The notes under the pieces: generated by a model
Databases searched by the model: none
What the model saw: only the letters and a program-made list of their open reading frames with translations
Told to the model about the DNA's origin: nothing
From: Vicugna vicugna
Lineage: Eukaryota
Direction of reading: 5' to 3'
Assembly (NCBI GenBank): GCA_013265495.1
Contig: MU058241.1
Location: 931,249 to 995,248 of the forward strand
DNA: 64,000 bases
Shown here: one piece after another, positions 25,353 to 37,100 of the stretch
Layout of the letters: each line of letters opens with the position of its first letter
Position numbering within the stretch: position 1 is the stretch's first letter
Translations under genes and position numbers: made by a program

Positions 25353-25943
25353 TGCCGGGGCAGGCCCAGCTCGAAGATGCCCCCACCCCAGGATTCCGTG
25401 CCACGGGCCCGCAGAACTACAAACACAAGGGTTCACACCCCGCCCAAGGAAAAGGGGGTTTTGGACGATGTAAATAAGGTTGCCCATAATTTCATTTTGA
25501 GTCAGTTAAAAGGGAGGTTAGCTTAATGGGTCTAATCCTGTTACCTGAGTCCCTCACAAGCAGAGGATTTCCTCCAGCTCTCAGAAGAAGGGGAAGCCAG
25601 ACATATTCCAAGCATGAGAAGGAGACACTGAGTCGGTACGGCTTGGAAGACAGGGGGGCCACGTGCAGTCACCAGTGAGAGGAGTCCAGATGCAGCCTAG
25701 CATCTACCAGTAAAGCAAGGACCCCCACCCCCTTCACCCTGGGAATGAGCTCAGACTCCAAGTCTTGTCTGGAGCCCACAGTGAAGAGCCTGCCCTGCAG
25801 GGCACTGTAAGACTTCTGTCTTGTGAGACCCTAGGCAGAGGATCCAGCAACATCTGGATCCAGAACTGTGAGCTAATAAACAGGTGCTGTGTTAAGTCCT
25901 CACATCTGTGGTCAGTTGTTACAAAGAAGCAAAAGACTAATAC
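25353..25943 (+). mobile_element. MaLR LTR (MLT1E-like)
   Basis: ttgtgagaccctaggcagaggatccagc...cagaactgtgagctaataaacaggtgctgtgttaagtc...gtggtcagttgttacaaagaagcaaaagactaatac (MLT1 3' end). Confidence 0.8.
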
Positions 25944-25969
25944 CAATGCCTTCCATCAAGCTGAGGCTC

Positions 25970-26193
25970 TGCTAGGTATAAAGTAACTCACAAGGATGCA
26001 ATGTACAGCATAGGGAATGCAGTCCATATTTAGTAACTTCGTATACTCTCTAATCTATAATACAATATACAGTATAATCTATAAAATACTAAATTAATGT
26101 TTTCCACCTGAAATTAATGTAACACTGTAAAGTCAACTATACTTCAATGAGAACAAAACAAAATGCAATACACCAAAACAAACAAACAAAAAA
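25970..26193 (+). mobile_element. Short L1 3' end (laurasiatherian/cetartiodactyl type) with A-rich tail
   Basis: caaggatgcaatgtacagcatagggaat...cacctgaaattaatgtaacactgtaaagtcaactatacttcaat followed by aaaacaaacaaacaaaaaac. Confidence 0.8.
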
Positions 26194-26329
26194 CTTGGGA
26201 TCTGCTATTTTGAGATCAACAATGGGCAATAAATGTCCACTGGAGGATTCATCCATACCCTTTGTCTTACAGTGAACAAGTAATGCTGCTTCTGTCATCT
26301 GTACATTTCTTAAATCCAGCCCTTTCTCG

Positions 26330-26682
26330 ATTTTCAGCCTGGCGACTTTCATCTCAACGTTGGTAAGAACTTCCTCACTCCCCTCATCTCCTGTCTCCTC
26401 CCGGAGCTCACTAATAATCCACTGCTAGATTCATCCTCTGAAATGTAACTGTGACCATGCAATGCCTCTAAGTGGAAAAAAAAAAAAAGAATTATCATTA
26501 CCTACTTTATTGTGGCTAAAACCCTTCTGTTGGAACTCATGTTCTCCAAGACCTGTCTCCAGTCGTCCCTTCTGGCATTATTTCCCTTCTCTTGACGTCA
26601 CACAGGGTTGGCTCCGATTAAACCGATGCCTTTGTAGCGTGTTCTGACTTGTGCCTTTGCACAGGTGTGTCTCTGGCAGACC
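26330..26682 (+). mobile_element. L2 fragment, interrupted by the LTR pair and resuming at ~27615-27830
   Basis: ctgaaatgtaactgtgaccatgcaatgcctct...gtgcctttgcacaggtgtgtctctgg; after the LTRs catcctttatggcttagttcagatgtgacctgctatgtgaggacct. Confidence 0.5.
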
Positions 26683-27082
26683 TGACACCGAGCAGCAGCT
26701 TGCGGGGTGCCCTCCCTGGTACAAATCTTTCCATGGTCTCTTTCTGGTTTGTAGGAAATGGGCTTCATTCAGCCTCCTTGACCCTCCCTGAGCTCCAAGG
26801 GACACAGTCAAACAGCTGCTAATCAGGGAAGGGAGGTGGTGCAGAGACAAGAGAGGAGCAGTCAGGAAACAATAGTGCAGCCTTGGGGCAGGTCCTGGAA
26901 CCCTCGTCAAGGAATATACAAAACAATACCTTTAACTTCTGCAGGAACTAATTAAGGTCTCCTCAACCCCTGCCTTCAGTTTATAGAAAAGCTTCAAAGT
27001 CTTTCAGGCTTTAGATGGTTTTTTTCTGGGGGACACTGGGTCCATCAGATGCCGGCATTCTAATTAAAAGCAACCTTCCTTT
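26683..27082 (+). mobile_element. Cetartiodactyl ERV1-type LTR (host of the nested LTR)
   Basis: TGACACCGAGCAG start; gtaggaaatgggcttcattcagcctcc...gctaatcagggaagggagg...gaaacaatagtgcagccttggggcagg matches an LTR type I recall from cetartiodactyl genomes; ATTAAA near 27063. Confidence 0.8.
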
Positions 27083-27607
27083 TGTTACTAAGCTGTTGCC
27101 CCAGGATCATACCCCTGCCCCTCCCTTAAATAGAAACCAGTTATTCTTATGTAAGTCTCAGAAGGCAGCCGAGAAACAAGAACGGGTTAGAAATCTGTGA
27201 AGCCCAAGACGGGGTAGGATTTGACTTCCAGGGGACCTGGAACCTTGTCACATGCATTAACTGCTAAATGACACACCCACCAGAGCCATGACAACACCTG
27301 GAAAAGCCCAGGTACAAGGACACAAAAGAAAGGTGACAGGCTCCAGCACACCTGGAACGGGGACATGATGGCAGAAGCCTCCCATAGGACTCCACACCGC
27401 CCAAGCCACAGATGGAGACGTCTGTCCCGGTCCTCTTAGCTGGCGGCTCCCTGCTCGAGTGCGTTCCTTCCCCTTCCCCTTCTGAGCAATAAGGCGGCTT
27501 GTTCAGTTCGCCCCTCTGCCTCTGCTGCCCTAACGGTTCCACAGCCGGGGGCAAGGACCCACACTCTGGTGGACTTCTTAATGCAGGAGTCTCTCTACCT
27601 GCTAACA
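27083..27607 (+). mobile_element. Second solo ERV1-type LTR, adjacent to or nested in the first
   Basis: TGTTA...TAACA 5-bp terminal inverted repeat; ttt on both flanks; aataag poly(A)-like signal ~27488; U5-like ggggcaaggaccc. Confidence 0.7.
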
Positions 27608-28044
27608 TTTCTACCAAGATGCCGCCCATCCTTTATGGCTTAGTTCAGATGTGACCTGCTATGTGAGGACCTCTTGCACTGTTTGAGTGTCTTTTCTACT
27701 TTGGGTTTCCATGGCCCAAGGCTGTGGCCCTGGGCAGTCTATGCCTAGTGATCTAGGGTGTGTTTAGCTCTAGTAAGCTCATGGAAGACAAAATCTCCAA
27801 TCCATGCATCACTGTCTCCTTGGGCCATGGATACATCACTTGGTCCTTGCCTAATGTTAGGAAGATTCTCCAAGAGGATGAGTTTTGTGCAAGCTGTAAA
27901 GAATATCTAAGGATGTGAGAGCCTCCTGAAAATACATGTAATATACATTTAAGTTTAAAAATGCCAGATTACAGGACATGGAGCCCAAGATAATCTGCGT
28001 TTTTGTTGCTGTGGTTACTCTTTGTTTTTTGGTTCACTTTTGGA

Positions 28045-28072
28045 AGAAAGAAAAGAAAAGAAAAGAAGAAAA
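28045..28072 (+). repeat. (GAAAA)n microsatellite
   Basis: agaaagaaaagaaaagaaaagaagaaaa. Confidence 0.8.
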
Positions 28073-30868
28073 GGACATTGGACTCCAGTGGTGTAAAATG
28101 ACTAAATGCTGAGAGGCGACTTCCTGTGCATGAGATGAAGTGAAATACACAACACCCTATTTTGTGCTGTGCATGTTTCACCGATTAAGTTTTTACTGTT
28201 ATTTCACATACTATGCCTATCCCCATTAGCAATTCCCAGGCTGACGTAATGAGTCCTAGGTGAAAATGCCCAACTGACACTGCCTCTGCTATTTTCTCAA
28301 ACTTCCAAAAATGAGCTGTTCATTGCCAAAGGCGTCCTTTGCTCTTCAATTTCCAATCTAATTTAGGCAAACAGTAGGGGTCAGATGTAAAACGCATCCG
28401 GTGAAAGCAGGATGGATGCAAAAATCCAAAGTCTAGGAGTCCTTGCTTGGAAGGCACTTCCTTTGCTTTCATTTGAAAAGAGACAGTACAGTAATACAGC
28501 TCTGCAGCCTTGAAATCGTTAGGCAGGCTCTCAACTTCCATCTCCATCATTTCAGATGACAGTGAAAACAAAATAACTGCCGTTTAAAATAAAACTGTGG
28601 AAAAAGAAGGGGTTTAAGATGTGCTTTCATACTTACAAAATCAAAATATTTTTCTTAAAGCTCATATAAAAGTATTTTTCTATTCTGTCCTTGCAGACGT
28701 AAGGCTGGAAGTGAAACAACTCCAATAAAATAATGTCAAATTATATGTCAAGTTATAATGTCAAATTATTAGCATAAATGTCACATTAAATGGAAACATT
28801 TCTTAGGAATGGGCTGTCATTAGTAATTATATGTTTTTGTTTGTGAGTCAAATTTCAAAAATGGCCTATGTTATTTAGTGCTTTAAATGCTTCCCTGTAG
28901 TATATTAGACTGGAAGGATGGAGATCATTAGTGTGGAAGGACCACTACAGATCATTTCTCCAATTTCATTTTACAAGAGAAGATAGAAAGTCAGTGAAAT
29001 GTGGGGTTATCGTGTGAATTGTGTTCTCTGTGCCTTCATTTTGAATCACCAAATTGCACAGCGCACGTATGAAAACGTGCTGATGGAATCCTAAGTTCCT
29101 GTAAATTACTTAAACATAAACTCTCAGTATCCTCGGGTTCCACATTGTGGATGCAGAACAGTCACACATATTCCCTTATTTCCAGACGCCCATTTAAAAA
29201 AGGGAAAAATACCAAGAAGGAACCAACAGTTGGAAAGAGAAGTGGAAGAAGTTTAACACTGAACAACAGATTCGAAATGGTTTCCGGAAGGACTATTAAT
29301 ATAGGAACCTCAGCAGTGCAGCCCACCTTGCAGAACATGTGCTGTATTCTCTGATGATGATGATCAGACTCAGAACAAGAGGGAGAGGCTGGTGGGGGAA
29401 AAGGAGCTGGGTGATCACGGCTGACGAGAAGGCAGAGTCCACAATTTCCATCTGCCTTCCTCATGCCTGCACAAAAACCAAGCAACAGAAAAACCAAAGG
29501 CTCTTCTCTTTACAAGCTGAAGGACCACCTGGGGAAAACAAGTAACTAGGGCAGGTTCTGATATCTCAGAGTACGCGATACCCATATTCTATCACTCAGG
29601 AGCCCGTGACACTCAGTGCAACGCTCAAAAGCTGAATCCAACACCACCTGACTATTCACAAACCGTGCTCACCGGAGAAAACTGATGGAAAAGGGAACAT
29701 CATGAAACCACAGTGAAAGAAACTCACACCAACCACCTACTATAATCAACTCCATCGTCTGAAAACCAAAAGTCATTAGTCAGAAAGAAGTCAGGCAGAA
29801 GGTAAGGTAAAAGAGTGTGTCAGTTAAAGATAAACACTGATCTCAAAGGAAACTGAGATGATTTAGGGGAAAGAATATAAAACACACGCTGACTTAGCCC
29901 GTAGCAACATTCAAGTCACTCTGCATCCATTAGCTAAGATTAGATTTATGTGGAAAGGAAATAATGAGAAAGCCAGAACAACATTTGAAAATTAAAAATA
30001 TAAGGATGAAAATGGTTCACTGGAAGGATGGAAAACACGTCAGGAAACTCCTAGGATATCCAACTAAAAGATACATGTGTACAATTTGAGATACAAGCTT
30101 TAGTTCATCAGTCAAGAGCTTGCATCAAACCAGGATTTTTGAAAAGAGAAAACAAAATGGAATACATTATTTTTAAAAATATAAAATTGGAAATGTGGTT
30201 TCATGTAAAAGGTAAGATGAATGAAAGAGAAGTCATGCCCTTGTGAAATTTCAGAACCCCAAGAATGAAATCAGTCCCCAAACAGTAGACCATACAGTCA
30301 GCGTAGATTACATACAAATGAGTGAGATTACAATCTGCTTTAGAGACGTCATCTGTGACTGCGCTTACAGACAATAAAGGGTGACATCTCCGAGTTCTTA
30401 GGAAAAAATAACAGGAAGCCACTCAAACTATTAATCAAGTCTGAGGCTGAGCATGAACTTACTTAGGCTTCAACAAAATTCATGCCCTACACAGTCTCCT
30501 TGGTGATATAAAGATATATTCCACAAACACAAGTGACAAATATAATGAAGAGAATGTATTGGTTTCAAGAAATGACTAGTCACCTAGGAGTCTATTTTTT
30601 TAAATATGACATCTGAGAAGTCATCCAGGAAGGAAGTAGTCCTAACAATTCACAGACCTTGAAGAAAATGAAAATAAAAAAATAACTTAAGAGAAAAATA
30701 GAAGGGATTCTATAAAATTCATATAAATGAATAAAGAGAATAAATAATTCGGTGAACACCTCACAACGCCTGTGCTTAGTTTCACAAGAAACAAAGACCG
30801 TCAGAAATTCCAGGAAAAGGCCTGTTGTCAGGAGGGCCGTAAGTTTCAACTATGAAGTGAATGGAATA

Positions 30869-31076
30869 CGACCGTGCTTGGTGTCCATAGAGCGTGGGTT
30901 CCAGTGCCCCCATGGTTACCAACTCACCTGGATGCTCGAGGTCCTTACAGCTGGTCCTCCAGATCCACTGACTCCGCATCCGAGGATTCAACCAGGCACA
31001 GACTGTAAATACAGCACTCCACCCGCGGCTGCCTGAGTCTGCGGCTGGGGAACAGGCGAGTAAGGCGGGCTGACTG
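30869..31076 (+). mobile_element. TcMar-Tigger MITE (MER2/Tigger3 family)
   Basis: gggttccagtgcccccatggttaccaactcacctggatgctcgaggtcctta...ccgcatccgaggattcaacc...ggcgggctgactg; TA on both flanks (30867-30868, 31077-31078). Confidence 0.75.
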
Positions 31077-31613
31077 TAAGCACACTCTAATTAAAGAGGA
31101 CTAGCCACCTCCACACAAGAGACTTTAACTCTGATAACACACTCTCCTGCGTGACGCGAGGCACACGGCACGAGGAGCCTGGAGAGGGTCCTCAACACGT
31201 TCTGAGGCATGAGCAGTTTCCATGCAGCCACAACACTATGGGCAGCAAAGCCAATGGTGGAAACAGGGTCTGGGGCTCACAGTATTTCCGGAGGTCCACG
31301 GAAGTGCACTGCTTTCCTTTAAAATCAGGGGGAAAACCCACACATTTAGGATCATATGAAATGCTTCAATTTTTTTTCCTCGTGTCAGGGAAAAAGAAAT
31401 GAAAACTTCAGGGTGTATGAAAATCTATTATGGTGGGAGGGGGCTCACCAAGGCCAAAGTGCCCAGGCCCTGGCAAAGTCAGGCTGTGGCCTGATGAATG
31501 TTTTGTTCTTGTTTTCACATTTTAGAATTAACTTACACAAAAAGCACAAAAAGATCACACTGTATTTCCAGAACAAAATATAGGTGTCATAAGCACTTGA
31601 CAATGGATACTGA

Positions 31614-31702
31614 AATATATATATATATTTTATAAAATATTTTATCTAGGTTCATTATTTTACAATTATATAAAATAATATATAATTATATTAAAATATA
31701 TG
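31614..31702. repeat. AT-rich / (TA)n low-complexity tract
   Basis: aatatatatatatattttataaaatattttta...tataaaataatatataattatattaaaatatatg. Confidence 0.7.
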
Positions 31703-31893
31703 TATTTCCATCTCCAAGAGGTAGGAGGTCAGGAAGAACTGGAGGAAAAGCAGGGGTGTTAGAATTCTCAGATTACTTAACACTGAACAGACAGTGTGTA
31801 ATGGAAAAATATTTTTTTTCAGTTCAAAAGTTCATCAGTAAAAACAATTAGAGTTGTCACATAGAAACTGATTAATAACTGCCTACACAAAAC

Positions 31894-32399
31894 AGTAGTA
31901 GAGAGAATAATTCCCTTCTAATGATGTCCATGCTCTTATCTCAGAAACCTATGAATGTGTTACCTCATACGGCAAAGGCGACTTTGTGTGATGTGATGAA
32001 GTCAAAGATCTTGAGACAGAAAATCATTTCTTGGACAATCTGAGTGGGCCCAACGTAATCACCAGGGCCCTTATGAGGTCATACGGTGGAAGATGGTCAC
32101 ATGTGGAAAAATGACATGAGGAAAGAAGATTAAAGGATGTGCTCTGAAGACAGAGGAAGGGGCCGCAAGCTCAGGAAAGCGGGTGTCCTCCAGAAACTGG
32201 AAAAGGCAAAGGAATGGATTCTCCTCTCCTCTCCTCTGCAGCCTCTGGAAGGGATGAAGCCCTACCAACGCCTGGGTTTTGGCCCACTGAGTCCTGTTTC
32301 AAACTTCCGACATCCAGGCCTGTGAGGTAAACAGTCTGTGCCATTTTAAGCCACTGAGTGTGTGGGTATTTGTTACAGCAGCGGTAAGAAACCAATGCA
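31894..32399 (+). mobile_element. MaLR solo LTR (MLT1D-like), near full length
   Basis: gaataattcccttctaatgatgtccatgctcttatctcagaaacctatgaatgtgttacctcatacggcaaagg...cagaaactggaaaaggcaaaggaatggattctcc...tttgttacagcagcggtaagaaaccaatgca. Confidence 0.9.
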
Positions 32400-33142
32400 A
32401 GCACACGCATGCATTAATACATGGCTGAGTAAACGGATGGATGAACAAACCAATGTATGGAGCTGGTGCTGCAGGTATTTCCACACAGGGACTAACTAGT
32501 ATCCCCCGTCCCCGGCCCCAGGGCTGCTGTGACTGTGTGTCTTAAACGTCTATCACCTCCAAACACACTGTCAAGGTTCGACGGCTGGCTTGCTTCTCGC
32601 TCCCCTCTCCTGGCTGCTCATTCGCTTTCTCATCACTGCAGACGCTCATCTAAACCAGGATAAAATGCTCCTCTTGGTCTTTGTTTTAAGATATTTTATT
32701 AAGCTGTTTCTGTCTTTTGAGTATTTATACATTCCTGGCTTGTTACAAAGCAGAAGGACGGTTTCTTAATGTTACCAAAATTTCCCATCATCACAGCTCC
32801 AAACCACACGCTGGCCGCTTTATAAGAACCAGAAACAGCCAGCTGGCATCCTTAGTCTAAAGGAATGCCGGGCCTTCTGTGGGTCCGTAACCATCTTTTA
32901 TTAATTTAAAATGGGGGTGCCGGAAACATTTTTTTTTCAGACCACGACTAGGGGTCAGTCCTCAGGGAAAATGCTCATTTAGAATCACATTACGTGCATT
33001 CTGATATTAAACTGTAATATGCAAAGATGTTTCTAAAATACATTGGAAAGCAACTGTCTGTTTCAAACCAGGTCTTGCTCGTCTAACAGAGGTGACATAG
33101 AAAAAGATCCAAGTATGCAACCCAGTTCTATGCGTAACTCAA

Positions 33143-33336
33143 GGCAGGAGTTTTAGCTCTGGATACGTATTTGAATCAGCTATGGGGGCTCTGAGAAATG
33201 GACAGGCCTCCTCCCCCAGCCCTCCCAGCCCTGCCACAGCGGACTTAGAATCTCTGGGCACGGTATCCCCCCAGCATCTTTAAGAGAAATTTTCTGGTTG
33301 ACCATATGTGCAACCAACAAGGCTTGAGAAAAAATG
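33143..33336. mobile_element. MER5B-like hAT-Charlie relic
   Basis: ctggatacgtatttgaatcagctatgggggct...tagaatctctgggcacgg...tatgtgcaaccaacaaggcttgagaa. Confidence 0.5.
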
Positions 33337-35038
33337 ACAGCAAGCAGCTAAGCTACTGAGACCCGATACAGGCGATGTGTTGTCCAATGGCGATGTTACC
33401 AGTAAAGATGCTCTGCCCATGTTTCGTCACACCTGGGACACTGGTATTGACTTATGCCCGCCTCATTCTTCCTTCCAGCCGAAAGCTGCCCCTAATGGAC
33501 CGTGTCTTGCCTTTCACATGCCACGTGCTCCATAAAGGCTGTCATAGGTATTCCTAAATCTGATCCTAAAACTACTCTTAAAACTGATTCACAATCATGT
33601 AACGGACAGTTGGGCCTATTTGCAAATCAGAAGACTGGCCTTCCCTAAGAACTGTCAAGCGGAAACTAGGCACACAGATTCACACGGCTAAAGCTTAAGC
33701 AGGTTGCAATGGTTTTCAAGTATTTCACTCAGTTGAAAAATTCATGTCTGAAGCCCTTTTTGAACTCATTTTCAACTGGCCATTCTTCTGGATTGATACA
33801 ATTGACCAAGTACCTCCAGTCAAGGAGATTTCAAAACGCAGAACCTTATAAAAATACAGTTCAATCTAACATTTTCCCCCAATTTGAGTCCCCATGGCCT
33901 CCAAAGATCTAATTATTTCCTGGATTTGGGAAACTTTTTCTCCATGGGAAAATCACCTTAAATGCTTCATTTGGTAAAAGTTCAGTGAATGTTGCTTATT
34001 TAATTGGGTGACTTCCCCCACCCTTCTCATCACTGGCATACCTTCAGCACATCCAGATGTTTAAACATCTGATTGGCTCTCTTATCCTAGTCTCCACGTT
34101 ACCTGAAAAGATCAAAGGAGTCATTCTTGTTTATGTATCTATTTGCCCCTCCACCCTTGACACTGGGAAGGATCAGTAAAAAGTTATTCTGTCGCACTTA
34201 CTTAAACATTTTTAAGTGAGTGACGGATTTACTGGTAATGTGTCCTGTTCACATAATCTTATCTAAGGATCTCTAGAGTTGATTCTTCTGAAATTTTGAC
34301 CATCGAATCTTAATTCCATTAATCTCTGATGTCTGAGATTCATGGTTATGCTCTGACCAAGGATAGACTGATGACTAGAGCACGTAAGATCTAGCAACAT
34401 TGTTAGTAATATTCACGTTATAAATCTTCCCCTGCAATTTCTGTGGCATTTTCTCTCTCTTCTCATAGTTTCCAGTTTGCATTTAATTCTTTTAAGAGAT
34501 GACAGACAGAAGCAGGCGTCCACCCAAAAGGCATTGCCAAAGAAGAAGAAGGACCGTTTTCTTCAGTATCTCGAGGCAGAATATTTTCTTTTCTTGTTGG
34601 AGGTTAAAATCATCAATTATCTGTGTACATTACACATTTACTTAGAAGGGGAAGGGTATGTGATTATTCATTTGCTTGCCAACTTAATTTTCCACTTTAA
34701 CTTACTACAAAGTACTGAAGTCTCTCTTTTTTTAAACAAAATGACTCCATGAAAACGGCACATTGCACTAAATATATTAAGGTACAAAATAGTCTCCGTG
34801 GACCATGAAAAGGATTACAAGTTACACTCGGATACTTTAAAAGCAAAATCAGTAAGTATTTATGTGTCATACGGTGTATACACGTTTCCAATTAAATAGA
34901 TAAATACACTTTGCCTTAATTCCCACAGGAAAATATATCAAGAGCTAACAACTAAGACAAAGGAAAATAATTACAGGACTTGCCATTATGTTTTCCCTGC
35001 ATAAGTTGCTGACTCACTTGCGATTAATGTGAAAGCTG

Positions 35039-35078
35039 TTTTTTTTTTTGGTTTTTTTGTTTTGTTTTGTTTTGTTTT
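35039..35078 (+). repeat. poly-T / (GTTTT)n microsatellite
   Basis: ttttttttttggtttttttgtttttgttttgttttgtttt-type run. Confidence 0.8.
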
Positions 35079-35317
35079 ACTGCTCTAGGAAGTACTCGTA
35101 ACTACAACCACACAACGTAAGAAATAAGTCCTCTGGTTAAAACTGACATACTGACATATATACAAAAGATAGGAGAGAAATACATCTACGTATGAAAAGA
35201 TTATAAAGGTGGAGAGGGCATGGGTGATTTTCTGATTCTTCTCTTTTTCTGTGTTTCATTATCATGTGTCACTTTTAATGAAAAACAAATAGCATTGTTT
35301 CTAGGAAAGCACTAAGT

Positions 35318-35666
35318 TGGGAGGTGAGGGGATGACAGGTGGAGCTCAGAGCATGTTTAGGGCGGTGACACCCCCGTAAGACACTATAATGGTGGATACC
35401 TGTCATTCATTCTACGTTTGTCCAAACCCCCTGAGTGGACCACAGCAAGAGTGAACCCTGACATAAACTACGGGCTTTGGGGTGGTGATGCTGTGCCCAT
35501 GTGGCTTCACCTTTGGTTACAAAATGCACCATTCTGGTGAGTGATGTTGATGATGGAAGCGAACTATGCACAGGTCAAGGAAGGAAGTATACGGGAAATC
35601 TCTGTACGTCCCTGTCAGTTTTTGAGTGAACCTACAACTGCCGCTGAAAAATAAAGTCTGTACAAA
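35318..35666 (+). mobile_element. L1MC-type 3' end
   Basis: acaggtggagctcagagcatgtttagggcggtgaca...gagtgaaccctgacataaactacgggctttggg...gggaaatctctgtac...gtgaacctacaactgc...aaataaagtct. Confidence 0.85.
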
Positions 35667-36949
35667 GGAAGAGCACCAGGGATGGTGGCTCTGAGCTCAT
35701 ACAGCATGTAGACACATGTGGTACATCAGCATCCCCCACTGCTCTAATAATTGCCAAAACCAGCTCATTCACAACACTGAGCTCTGGTTCCCAAAACGGC
35801 CACCACACCTAGTTGACCTCAGTATCTCAGAATGGATGCAGCGCCATGTCTCCCCATCACTATAGTATCTCCAAGTTTTCTCAAAGGTGGAGGAGAATCC
35901 CCAAATAGTTCTCCAGATTCTCTAATGTTTTAAATGCCTGTAGGTTTGTTTTCCTTTTTAATTTCTGGATTCCAAATGTCTAGGATCCAGTATTATATAC
36001 GTCATATGTTTAGAGAAATGATATGTCACCTGGGGGTTCTAATGGGCCTTTAAGCCTGTTAAAATAGCCACTAAAATACTATCTGGTGTTTTAATCAATC
36101 AATAGGATGGGCATTCTCTTCATGCATTACTTTTTTTTTTCCTAACGTCATAACTACTTGGTTAATTTAAGGAGGCTAAAATCAGAGAAAATGAGAGAAC
36201 TCAAAATCAGAGCAAAATTAAAGTATTATTTTAGGCTCAATCCATAAGCCAGACATTTTATGAAGGGGTGCAGTCCAGGCAGATGGCTGGAGAGGAAAAT
36301 ATGATCAGACTTCTGGAAAGGAGTATTTACTCATCCACTCCTGTGCCTTGTATCATGGTGTCGTGCTCATGCTCTTGAAACAGTCATCCCAATAACCTCC
36401 CTCCTAAACCTTGACCAGAAGGAAACCATTCTAACAAATCAAAAGTTGGGTGTATGGAACTATTCGTAACATATTATGACCACATATTATCTGAAGTGCC
36501 CACAGAAGGGAAAAACAGATAAGGTGTGGTATGTTGATCAAAAGACAAGGATTGACTTTCAATTTATAATTCAGAAATGCATTTGATATTATGGAAAATA
36601 ATGCCATTAAATGGAAAGCAGACTGAAACACTTTATGGAGACTACAATTTCTAATATATGAAATATAACTCTTACGCAACATTTAAAACTCATTTAAAAA
36701 TGTGACTTTAGTACGTGAGAATTCTCCTGTTTTTTGTTTTTGGTGAGGGATCAAACCATTTTACTGAGGGCCTTTCGGCTTTTGACATTTGAGACAGTGT
36801 CAGTTGTGTGTAATTTGAACTTAATGAAAATCTTCACAGAATCCAATTTAGAGCTGATTAACAAAACAGAGACCCATTAAGCCTGCAGTCTTACAATGAA
36901 AAAAAAATAATAATGCCATGAATGCACCTTTCTGCCATTTGAAAAACCC

Positions 36950-37100
36950 TGGAGAAAGTGTGAGTTGTCTTTTGCTATAAACAAGCTGTGCATTTAGGGA
37001 TCACTGGTGTAACCTCTCTGAATAGAAGTTTCCTTACCTGAAAAAGGATGGCTTTGGAGGCCATCTCTTAATTTGCCTTCAGTGGTAATACTCTATTAGT
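36950..37100 (+). mobile_element. MIR3/MIR fragment
   Basis: taacctctctgaatagaagtttccttacctgaaaaaggatgg...atctcttaatttgccttcag. Confidence 0.5.

Larger units (their letters stand above)
29130..31870 (+). mobile_element. HAL1/L1 ORF1-like ancient element, fragmented; both boundaries uncertain
   Basis: A-rich; best match 29850-30600: ttgtgaaatttcagaaccccaagaatgaaa...gattacatacaaatgagtgagattacaatctgc...caaactattaatcaagtctgaggctgag. Confidence 0.55.

Noticed and set aside
34054..34071. Perfect 18-bp palindrome cagatgtttaaacatctg
   Set aside because: A single 9-bp-arm palindrome is not unexpected in 64 kb, and there is no supporting context.
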